Below, in pieces: positions 14,701 to 24,690 of a DNA stretch of 64,000 bases; positions within the stretch are counted from its first letter, which is position 1; every line of letters starts with the position of its first letter. The stretch spans positions 25,298,001 to 25,362,000 of the forward strand of contig NC_087251.1 in assembly GCF_037042905.1 (NCBI RefSeq), given 5' to 3'. Under the pieces are notes generated by a model. That model ran no database searches. It was not told where the DNA came from and saw only the letters and a list, made by a program, of their open reading frames with translations. This DNA is from Lytechinus pictus (taxonomy: Eukaryota). A program made the translations under genes and the position numbers.

Positions 14701-17700
14701 TGATCTAAAAGGGAAGTCAATAGAGAAAGAAGAAGAAACTTCACCTGCTACATCAATTGAAGGAGATAACAGCAGAGCATCTACCACAGATGGTAAGAAT
14801 GCTACTGAAGAAGAGGAAGATAGATCCAAGATGGAAGAAACAACGGAACAAGATGGACAAAAGGAAGGGGAAACTAAACCTGAAGATAAATCAACAAAGG
14901 TATTGTGTCTGCTCATTTGGCCTTATAAAGTATTGCTTCTTATTTTTTCTACTTGCACATACATGTATTGTATTTCAAATGCTACTAGTATAATGAAAAA
15001 GTTTTAATTGAATTGAATTTTGCTTCTGCAACAATTGTTTTTGTCTAAATCTCCTCAAGGATATAGCACTAAGATAGGATTATGATTGGATTTTGGTTTG
15101 GAATTAATTAGGGGACATTGTTTGGGTTCATTGGCTTGTTGGCTTTTTTCTAAAGATAGTCAAACAGATAATTTAGAAACCTTCAAACTTACAGTGATCC
15201 AACAGCATACTATACTGAAGACATGGGAAGAGAAATACTTTATGGGCCTCTACTACTTCTTCATGCTGTCAAAATTTGTTTTAAAGTTGAATAAATGACA
15301 CCATTCGTTTGTGGACTGTTCAGAAATTTCACAGAGATTGCACAGTGTGCAGATGTCCCAGTCAGTAGGCAGGTCCTTAAAAAGTGGCTTCTTTCATCCA
15401 AGTGATATTCAGGACTAGAAAGGTTCTGCATATCTAATTAGCTGGATGCGGACCAAAACACCAATTTTAAATTTGTCATTGTTGCTCTATTTGTTGGTCA
15501 ATTTCATGTTTTTGGTATCTTTGTAAAGAAGAATCATTCTTTTAGATCATGCGTTTGAATTTATTGAATTTTTTGTAATGTAGGTGAAACTTTTGATTTA
15601 AAACATGCTAAAAAAATGATTATTTTCACCTGACAAAAGTTGCTGTTTTTACTCTTAATTTTTGTTTGAGCCCAAACGATATTTAGATCATGATGAAGCT
15701 GTCAGTCTATGCTTTAAAATGATCTAGGATTTAAATGAAGATGTGGTTTAATCGGGTCAAGGTCTCACTTTTCATAGGCCAAGTACATTTAGCAGCTTGA
15801 AAACAATACTGCACTCTGATTGGTCTGAGAGACCACACACTCACCCAAACTCCAACAGTTGGTAATCTCTTCAATTTACCCGTGCCAGCTTTTTTAAACC
15901 TTATTCAGCCAATCAGAAGTCTGGATTTTATGTTACTCACAAATTTCAGAAATCTTGTTTTGTATCTTGGTGGGAAAGTGTGATCTTGACCTGATTACAA
16001 GGTGCTACATATTAAGAGTGACATTATGAGAAAGTACAGATTTTTAGCTTTATGATGATATGAATATCATTGAGGCTCAAAATAAAAAGTCTTGCACCAT
16101 TTGCAAGAGAAAACATGGGAAGAAATTTCAGTTTTGAGCCATCTTTTGAAGCCTGAAATTCTCTCATTTATCAAAGTAGTTTATATAAAATAACTGACCA
16201 GTATAATAGAGTAACATTTACTCTTTCTAATGATGCAATAATATTTGATTTCACTGGAGGATAAAGTTGTTAAATACATAGAGAAAGAAAATCTCACAAT
16301 TCACGAGATTTTTTGCAGGAAGGTGAATTCAGCCATGAGAGGGGACCTGCAGTCTAACTGGTCATGCTTGAGTGAACCTTGAACTTAAAACCTTGTTTTT
16401 TATCTATTTTTTGAAGCTCTTGCTGAATTTCTTCTGCTTTCAATCAATTCCCCGTGAGGGTTTAATGTTGATGAATTCTGACAAGTTAGATATTATTTTA
16501 AAGCTTAGGATGTGCCTTTTCAAGCTCAATGAAAAGCTCAAATTTCATTTTGGGTGACTTATTGTATGGTGGCTGGTCATATGATTATAACTCCATTCTT
16601 TGTTTTTAGGGGCCTGGGACAGTGGTGTATGATGATAAAGAGATTGCTCTCCCAGTGCAGAAAGAGAGGGCACTCCCAGCGTGGATGACCAGTCCTCCAA
16701 AACCAAAAGCAGAAGCTAAACGTGCCACGACAGGTACCCCAGCCAAGAATGGTGAGAACAGAACCTGTGCACTATCCTCTGTTCTGTAGTTTTAACCTTT
16801 ACAGCTCAGTTGCTTTTTGATAAGGTTTATCCATGTTGAACAACTTACAGTAATCCTTTCACTTTGTTCTTATTTTAAAAATTCTCATTTTGGTTCCTGA
16901 AAGTGGGCTAAACATGAGGCTTATAGTGTAAAAATACCATCCCCAAAGTTTCAAAGTATCATATCTACAGGAACAAGTTTAAAACCTTGAAAATGTAAAC
17001 CAAAGTTTAAAAATAATTGGGGTTGGTTTAAATGACTATGTGTATACAGTGAATCTGTGCACTACAACAAGTCTAGATGAACACAGCATGACCTACATAC
17101 AGTGTGTACAAGGTATACACTGAATGTACAGTGCAGCTAATAATAGTGTGTGTATACGAGATACACACAGCAGAAGGCAGTCAACACAGCCAACAGACTT
17201 TTTGAACTGGAGAAAACTTGTCATAAGCTGAACCTGTCTACCAGATGGTTCTCAAAATCAGGCTTATAAGTTGCTTCTTGTATCTAAATAAGAGTTTTTC
17301 ATCCTATACTGTGGCCTGCTTCAGGGTTTCTTAGGACAAATACAGGCACTCATACACATGTTTCATCTCAGTTTGAGAATTTTTTAAATCAGCTGCTCAC
17401 AAAGTGAAACGATCCCTTTAACTCCTCCTCCTCTCTAATACTTTTTAAAAGTGGTAGAGGAATATCTATTGTTGAGGTATGAGTATGATGTATGGAAATT
17501 TCTGTGTATGAGAATGGATGCACTTGTACATTTCTAAAGAGGATTTGTGTCTTAGAAATTGAATTTCCATTGTCTTTGGTAAAGCACTCCAGAACAAAGA
17601 CACTGCCACACCTCAGAAGAGAGGTAGAGGAAGGCCTAAATGTGGTGCTAAGGCTACACCTCAAGCCAAGAAAACACCCTCTCAAACCAAAGCAAGGGCA

Positions 17701-20700
17701 AAGAAATACGCCGACGATGACGACGACTATCTTTCCGAAGAGGAGCCTGCTCATAAGAAAAGCAAGACGTCAAGATCTCAGAGGGGAACATCAAAGGTTG
17801 CATCCTACGCTGAGGATGACTATGATGACTTGGATGAGGAATGGGTTGCATCTGATTTTGATGATGAAGATGCGAGTGATTGGGAAATGGAATCGCAGTC
17901 ACAATCCAGTAAAAAGGGCAGGGTAAGAATAAGAAAATTTTATACCCCAATTCATGGTGTATATTTAATTATTATGCCTTATTTAGTTCATTAATTGATA
18001 AAGGTCCAACAATGAACATGCACTTATGTCCCAGGGTGTTAGATCTACTCATGTTTCTTAATCTTTTCCAAATCTTAACCGAAGGTTAAGTTTTTGAAAT
18101 GACAGCATAACTTTGAAAATATATGGACCTAGTTCATGAAACTTGGCCATAAGGTTAATCAAGTATTACTAAACATCCTGCCTGAGTTTCATGTCACATG
18201 ACCAAGGTCAAAGGTCATTTAGGGTCAATGAACTTAGACCATGTTGGGGGAATCAACATCAAAATCTTAACCTAAGGTTAAGTTTTTGAAATGTCATCAT
18301 AACTTAAAAAATATATGGACTTAGTTCATGAAACTCGGACATAAGGTTTATCAAGTATTACTGAACATCCTGCATGAGTTTCACGTCACATGACCAAGGT
18401 CAAAGGTCATGTAGGGTCAATGAACTTTGGCCAAATTGGGGGTATCTGTTGAATTACCATCATAACTTTGAAAGTTTATGGATCTGATTCATGAAACTTG
18501 GACATAATAGTAATCAAGTATCACTGAACATCCTGTGCAAGTGTCAGGTCACATGATTAAGGTCAAAGGTCATTTAGGGTAAATGAACTTTGGCCAAATT
18601 GGGTGTATTTGTTGAATTACCATCATATCTCTGTAAGTGTATTGGTCTAGTTCATAAAACGTGGACATAAGAGTAACCAAGTATCACTGAACTTCTTGTG
18701 CGAGTTTCAGGTCACATGACCAAGGTCAAAGGTCAATGGACATTGGCCATGTTGGGGGTATTTGTTGAATTACCGTTATAACTCTGTAAGTATATTGGTC
18801 TAATTCATAAAACTTGGACATAAGAGTCGTCAAGTATCACTGAACATCTCATGCGAGTTTCAGGTCACATGACCAAAGTCAAAGGTCATTTAAGGTCTTT
18901 GAACTTTGGCCATTTTAGAGGTTATTATTAGATTGCTGTCATAACTTTCAAAGTTTATAGATATAGTGTATAAAATGTGGATATAGGGGTAATCAAGTAT
19001 CACTGACAAGTTTTAGGTCACATGATCAAGGTCAAATATCAATGAACGTAGTATTGTATCATTATATGAATGGTGTTTTTTGTGAACAATTATTTTATAG
19101 TAGTTTTCAAAGTCAGCACTGCTGCTATATTGAATCGCGTGATGCAGGTGAGACCGCCAGAGGCATTCCACTTGTTGAAATTTAGCAACAAGCATGGCTT
19201 AACCTCGTATGACAAAATAATGCTTATGTAAATCTACTTTTTCTCAGAGTATGCAATAGAATCTGCATGACGGATTTGAAACCTCATTTTCAAAGCTACT
19301 TGTGTGAAATTAGGCCATTTGGTTTTTTATTTACATTAGTTGGGTTGGGATTTTGTGCTTTATTTCTCAGGTTCACAGGTTATTTTTTGTCTCACCTGCA
19401 TAGCAGAGTGAGACTATAGGCGCCGCTTTTCCGATGGCGGCGGCGTCAACATCAAATCTTAACCTAAGGTTAATAATGGGGGTATCTGTTGAATTACCAT
19501 CATAACTTTGAAAGTTTATGGATCTGATGCTTTTCAGAGTAGCGCAGGTACGTTGGCTTGAAACTTGGCTTAATCAACTTGCATGGACATCATAGAGAAT
19601 AGTATTAATGCTTTTAAAAAAAAGGTACCCTAGATAAAAGATGTATCATCTTTCTATTTCCTCCCCTTCTCATCATTTTTCTTCTCATTAATTTGGTTTT
19701 ATAATTTATTTCTCATTTTATTCCCAGGGCAAGGGGAAGTCTCCAAGGGGTAAATTTGTCAGTCCAAGAAAGCGAGGGCAACGCAAGAAGTATGCACAAT
19801 CGAGTGATGAAGAAGATTGGAGCGAGGAAGAAGTGTACGTGCCACGCCCTACCAAACGTAGAGCGTCATCCTCCTCCAATTCACAGCCAACTCCACAGAG
19901 AAAGAGAGGAAGGAAAGCACGACAAGAAAGTGATATTAGTGATGAGGAGGAGTATGTGCCGAAACCTACTAAAAGGACTCCTGCAAAAACAAAAACCGAT
20001 TCAGGTGAAAGTAAAAAAGATCACGACGTCAGTGGAGAGGAAGATGATGACGGTGATAAAGCACCACCGAAGAAGAAACCAGAGAAGAAAAAGAAGCTCA
20101 AATCTTGCCAGTTTGGAAAACGATGCTATAGGTATGCATGTGATCAGAGAGAGAGACAGAGTTAAATTACAAATGAATAAGCATCTCGAGTTTTGCCTAG
20201 TTACCAAAATTTAACAGTGTGTATCAGACCTTCTGTTACTTTCAGAGAAATTTCATAATGCTTGGCATATTTCCAGTACTACCTGTGCTTTTAGGCAGAT
20301 AACAACATTGCTCAAGGTAGCACATGAAAGAGATCAAGCATTATGAATGTATACCCTCTGAGTCATTCTATCCAGCATATACACATTTGAGCTCTTTAAT
20401 ACTTTACAGTACTTCAATACTCAAGTATCGAAAGAGGTTTTAATTTGATATTAAAGATTATATGACTTGCATGAAATTGGTAAAGAGTTTGATTGGGCAA
20501 GTTAAAGATGAATGAAAGTAGTTGCAGGAAACACTTATTTCATTAGAAAGTCTGTAAAACCAAGGTTTATTGTCACCATACCATCCTAGATCTAGATCTG
20601 GTATATGAACTGAACTTTGTGAAGTCATGAAATCTAAGCTGAAAATCAATCACACTGAAGTTCGCCAACACAGATAAGCACATGTGGGGCAGTATATTAT

Positions 20701-23217
20701 AACTGCTTGGGATAATAAAATTCATGCATATTTTGCTTATTTCTCGGCAATTACATGATTTCCTCCAGTATCCTTTGCCACATATTTTTTATTCATACAT
20801 ACATAAACTTGGGTGGTCTTTTTATTGGATTCTGCACAAACTCATTTCGAAGTTGTAACCACAACTGACATCTTTAAAGCTCCTTTTTACAGGGTTTGTA
20901 TTTTACACCCACCTTTAAAAAATTAATTCAGCCTGTTGAGGCACTAGTGAGAGTTTCATTTCAGCCTTACCTGTGAAACAGTTTCTCAAGTCAGCAGCAA
21001 AGCACTGATTATTAAGTTAGTCTTTGTATTTTACAAAGTGTTGTTGTATAGTATGTTGATGGAATTTGTTAAATGTTTATTTTTTCCTAGAAAAAATCCA
21101 GTCCACTTTGGAGCATATTGCCACCCTGGAGATCCTGACTATCGCTCAGAAGGAGATGAAGACGAAGAATATGGAACATCTTGTTTAAGGTACGTTGTTG
21201 AAATAAAATTATCACTGAAGTAAATTGAATTGGACAGGTGGAGTATTAAGATTAAAAAAGAATTTGTGAACTGGATAATCTAATTTAATGCAGCCCATTG
21301 CGAAGCATTTCATGCACTCTTGAAACCCATCACACAGTCTGTTCTCCAGGCCTGGAAATATAATGATTATATTGTTTCGATATGAAAAAAAAAGAAGAAT
21401 CATTCAGGCCAATATTTGATATTGTGTTGAAATGCTTCACGAACAACAACAACAATAACAAAGTCAAACAAAAATGTGTATCTACCAATTCTTGCTACCC
21501 CAATTCTCGCTACCCCAAATAGGAACAAAAATCTCATAATGCGCGAGACGAGATAATTTTCACTCCGTCGGGTCGTCATCACCACTTCCGGTTCAGAGTC
21601 ATGCTCGCGCGAGGTTCGCGATACTGAGTTTTCCACCACGCTGAAATCGATGCCAATCAGCGTAATATGTACAGATTATAATACTTTTTATTTAATTTGG
21701 TCAGTTTTGATTCCATTTGAATTACAAAATAAAATAAAAAATATATTTCACGTGAAAATAATTTTTATTCATGTTTTTATTCGGTTATAAAAAAATTAAA
21801 CAAAAAATGAATATCTTAAAATTTTGCATTTAGCGACCGGCCTGACATCACGATCGTATTCGACTAGAAGCTAAATATATATAGCATTCATTCCGTTCAA
21901 TTTTTCGTCGACCACAAAATGGATAAAAAATCAGTTGCGGAACTAAAAAAAATCTTAACTGACAGAGGAATACCGTGCAATGGAAAGCATCGGGCAGAAT
22001 TAGTGACTTTAGCAGAAAAGGCCGTTAAACTGTATCGTGAAAGAGAGGGTTGTGATCACGAACTTTCCGAGCGAAAGCGACGTTGTGTTGTTGTGGATGA
22101 CGGCACTGTTGATCTGAATGGCAAAACAGTGCATTGGACTTCCGAACAGGAAGTTGTAATACCAAAAAGCTATCCCATAATGAAATGCGCGTTACAGGGA
22201 TTTTCCCGGATATCAGCGAAATCGCTATTTGGGGTAGCGAGAATTGAAATGATTAACATCAATTTTGTTTTATTTCTTTTGAAGGAAAAATACAGAACAT
22301 AATGAGAACTATCAGCACACTAAACCGCCAGCCAGACCCAAGCGAGAAGCTGCCCAAAAAGGTATACCATAGTTTTTTATTCATATTATATTTTTCCAAA
22401 TATTTTAGATCATAATGCAAGGAAACTGTAATTAAAGATGTAGAGAATGATTTTCATAAACATTGATGATGAATATGTGATTAACAAAGATATTCTAACT
22501 GCAGTAATAATGTATGTGATATCTATCTCTGAAATGGTGAAGTTGGTTACTTTTATCACTAGTGTACATAAGTGTTTATCAGGTATAACTCTCAAGGGTG
22601 TTTTTCTCTCTTTTTGTTAGTCATTCTGTTGCCCTTTGTTGTGCCATTGGAAAGTTGAGTTTCCCCTTGCTCATTCCTATGATATGTAAACTACTTCATC
22701 AGTCACACCGTGCCACACAGTCAAAGCATCATTCTTCTGAACCCAACTTGGTGTCCGAGCTTGGTTCAGTAGCCTTATCATACTCAACACCATCACCATA
22801 CTTGAAATCACCCATTGCCATTCATAAAAGCTTTTATATTACTGCCAAGTTTGCACCTGGATTTAGGATGAAAATAGGCTCAAATTCAGACAAAATTGAA
22901 CATGTCATTTCTAGAATTTTAGAATCTTTTAAGATGAATAAATCGGGATGAACTTATTCTTTTGTTTATTTCTTATCAATGCCACTCTCCCAGTCTTGAA
23001 GACCACTGGATTCAGTGACGATGAAGACGACGATGAACCCAATACATATGATCACAATGACAGTTTCTTGAATGATGAGGTGTCAGACTCGGCTTCTGTG
23101 CCTGGAAAGCGCTCTGATGATTCAGATTGGGATCCCGAAGAGGACAGTCAAGATGTAAGAAATCTACAGAAAGAAGCAAAGGAATTCACGCGCAACAAGA
23201 AGATGTACAAGACATAG
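8700..23217 (+). CDS. APLF: Aprataxin and PNK-like factor, join(8700..8798,10243..10314,11316..11491,13893..14020,14682..14899,16610..16751,17585..17922,19728..20131,21091..21189,22285..22361,22994..23217), 1977 nt, 658 aa
   Basis: N-terminal FHA (MSGVELKP..LGRG..IADKRVSRNHAVLEV..IHTNP), Ku-binding motif KERALPAWM, PBZ finger CQFGKRCYRKNPVHFGAYCHPGD, acidic C-terminus PNTYDHNDSFLNDE..DSDWDP..LQKEAKEF, in the domain order of vertebrate APLF. All introns GT-AG and phases join into one open frame. Confidence 0.93.
8871..9143. mobile_element. hAT-like MITE in APLF intron 1
   Basis: CACTGGTGGATCCAG / CTGGATCCGCCCCTG ends, perfect 8-bp TSD GTTTAAAG. Confidence 0.85.
10243..10314 (+). CDS. APLF: APLF exon 2 (FHA)
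   Basis: TTGCAG|IADKRVSRNHAVLEVEDGKIRVMP|GTAAGT. Confidence 0.93.
10503..10701. mobile_element. MITE with 4-bp TSD (Sola-like, tentative)
   Basis: AAAT|GGGCAATTCC..GGAATTGCCC|AAAT. Confidence 0.65.
11316..11491 (+). CDS. APLF: APLF exon 3 (FHA end)
   Basis: TATAG|IHTNPTFF..LAPLTKDVWRDLKHGDRIAL..IFEVV..|GTAAG, phase 2. Confidence 0.92.
11847..12410. mobile_element. PIF/Harbinger-like MITE
   Basis: TAA|GGCCCCCATTTCCACA..TGTGGAATGGGGGTT|TAA, internal GATCTTTCA/TGAAAGATC repeats. Confidence 0.6.
12449..13625 (+). mobile_element. Helentron-associated (HINE/DINE-1-like) element with ~160-bp tandem core
   Basis: T-run flanks, 5' subterminal GTCTC..TGC with nearby GTGAGAC, 3' TGCAGGTGAGAC + GCC-AGA-GGC hairpin + CCACTTGT; repeated GGTCACATGACCAAGGTCAAAGGTC cores. 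Confidence 0.8.
13893..14020 (+). CDS. APLF: APLF exon 4
   Basis: Strong pyrimidine tract + CAG, LSAEELSPLKQTSPF..QSK|GTTTGT, phases fit neighbours. Confidence 0.75.
14682..14899 (+). CDS. APLF: APLF exon 5 (acidic linker)
   Basis: DDDDDNNDLKGKSIEKEEE..EDKSTK|GTATTG; AAG acceptor chosen for phase, boundary less certain. Confidence 0.72.
15369..16350. mobile_element. Old TIR-type element, tentative
   Basis: GCAGGTCC / GGACCTGC ends and internal inverted GGTCAAGGTCTCACTTT / AAAGTGTGATCTTGACC. Confidence 0.35.
16610..16751 (+). CDS. APLF: APLF exon 6 (Ku-binding motif)
   Basis: TTTTAG|GPGTVVYDDKEIALPVQKERALPAWMTSPP..|GTGAG. Confidence 0.88.
17585..17922 (+). CDS. APLF: APLF exon 7 (AT-hook-like motif, acidic patches)
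   Basis: LQNKDTATPQKRGRGRPK..DDEDASDWEME..KKGR|GTAAG; acceptor AAG at 17584 chosen for phase. Confidence 0.8.
18068..19176 (+). mobile_element. HINE-like element, 5' truncated
   Basis: Same cores and 3' end TGCAGGTGAGACCGCCAGAGGCATTCCACTTGTT. Confidence 0.8.
19387..19528 (+). mobile_element. HINE-like 5' fragment
   Basis: GTCTCACCTGCATAGCAGAGTGAGACTATAGGCGCCGC head joined to a partial core. Confidence 0.75.
19728..20131 (+). CDS. APLF: APLF exon 8 (basic/acidic region, PBZ1 start)
   Basis: TCCCAG|GKGKSPRGKF..KKLKSCQFGKRCY|GTATG. Confidence 0.9.
21091..21189 (+). CDS. APLF: APLF exon 9 (PBZ1 end, degenerate PBZ2 start)
   Basis: CCTAG|RKNPVHFGAYCHPGDPDYRSEGDEDEEYGTSCL|GTACG. Confidence 0.92.
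21501..22246 (+). mobile_element. TIR element in APLF intron 9 carrying a truncated SAP-like ORF (from 21919)
   Basis: Perfect 22-bp TIR CAATTCTCGCTACCCCAAATAG at 21501-21522 and 22225-22246; extra 15-bp TIR copy at 21486-21500; ORF MDKKSVAELKKILTDRGIPCNGKHRAELVTLAEKA; no clear TSD. Confidence 0.75.
22285..22361 (+). CDS. APLF: APLF exon 10 (PBZ2 end)
   Basis: TTGAAG|RKNTEHNENYQHTKPPARPKREAAQK|GTATA. Confidence 0.85.
22994..23217 (+). CDS. APLF: APLF exon 11 (acidic histone-chaperone tail)
   Basis: CCCAG|VLKTTGFSDDEDDDEPNTYDHNDSFLNDE..DSDWDPEED..KEAKEFTRNKKMYKT*. Confidence 0.92.
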
Positions 23218-24134
23218 ATCCTCAACCGCCTCAAATAAAATTCAATATGTATATTCTCTGTTTGAATAGCACTGACAATCGATGGGAAATAACAGTTTTG
23301 AGACTTTTATCATTTCCTACCTTTCAGTTTAAAACACTGAAATCATAGTCGGACATGACTGGATATGTAGATTGATTATTTGACAAGATTAGTTATACAT
23401 GTAGTTATACATTCACATTCCATAATGAGGGGAAGGGGAAATTGATTCCGATACTGATGGGATGGCCTTTCATTTAATCATTATTTGGTGATCATGCCCA
23501 GTTTGTCAAAATCTGAAAACTGATGTTTCATTGACGGATTAGAATGGAGTAATTGATAAATTTGTATCAAATTTATTTCCTAAATATATCTGCATTACAA
23601 TTTACATACAATTTTGGTGTCTTCTGGAAATTCACTGTAAGTTTTAAGTTCTTGGCAAGTTTTTGATAACTTTATTAGGATCTAGATTCTGCATGTTGCT
23701 AGGTAATGGTGGTAATTAAGATCATGTAACAGTAATTCACTTCTTACCTTAGGCAACATTGTCATCACTGCATTTTCTTTTACATAATGAATTATGAAGG
23801 TATGGAGGAATTTATATCAATAGTATTACAATATATCTACCTTTGTCTGGTCTATGTTAAACATAAGCAGTGACCATTCACAACACTTGCAAGTGCTAAT
23901 CAAGATCATTGTTGCTTGTGTATTTTGTTGAAATGTAATAGTTATTATCTCACATATGCAATTGATCAAAAAAGTTTATGTACTTTTGTCCTTTTTGCAT
24001 ATCGTATGATGAGGTGTAATTTCATAAAGCTGCATATGACTTAAGAACAATTGAACAACTTGTGAGAGTAATTTGCTACATGGATTTTCTAAATAGCCTT
24101 ATCTCTCATAAAAAAAAAAATTCGCATTCCTTAA

Positions 24135-24690
24135 ATTGAGTAAAATTCAGAGAAAAATGGTGAAAATTTCATCAAAATCGGATAACAAATAATAAATTTA
24201 TTGAATTTAAAGTTTATCAATATTTTGTGAAAACAGTTCTATGCACATCGTCACGACTATTCATAAGGTGATGATGTCATATCCCCACTTTACTTTTTCT
24301 TGTGTTATTACATGAAATCATAATTCTTTCATTTTTTCATACATGTGTAAATGATGTGTCTCCATTATGATGAAATAAGTAGCGGCAATAAATAACTAAT
24401 GCACTTAATCAGTTGTCAATCCAATTGTTTGAGTTCTTGATAAAAAAAATTGAATAAACTTCATTTCATATAATAAAATACAAAAGAACAAGTGGGGATA
24501 TGACATCATCAGCCCACCTAATGAATATTCATGAAGACGTGCCTAGAACTGTTTTACCGGAATAAAGCAAATCTTTAAAATTCAATAACTTCATTATTTG
24601 TAATCTGATTTTGATGAAATTTTCAGCATTTTGCTCTGCGAATTTTACTCTTTTTATTGAGATATAAATATCTCCAGCCTGGACCATCCC
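24135..24690. mobile_element. Kolobok-like MITE family B, left end eroded
   Basis: Body matches 6668 copy; ends CAGCCTGGACCATCCC|TTAA. Confidence 0.75.

Noticed and set aside
17492..17926. 144-aa ORF from the track (also 19756-20214)
   Set aside because: Alternative frames over APLF exons 7 and 8; the spliced APLF frame explains the region.
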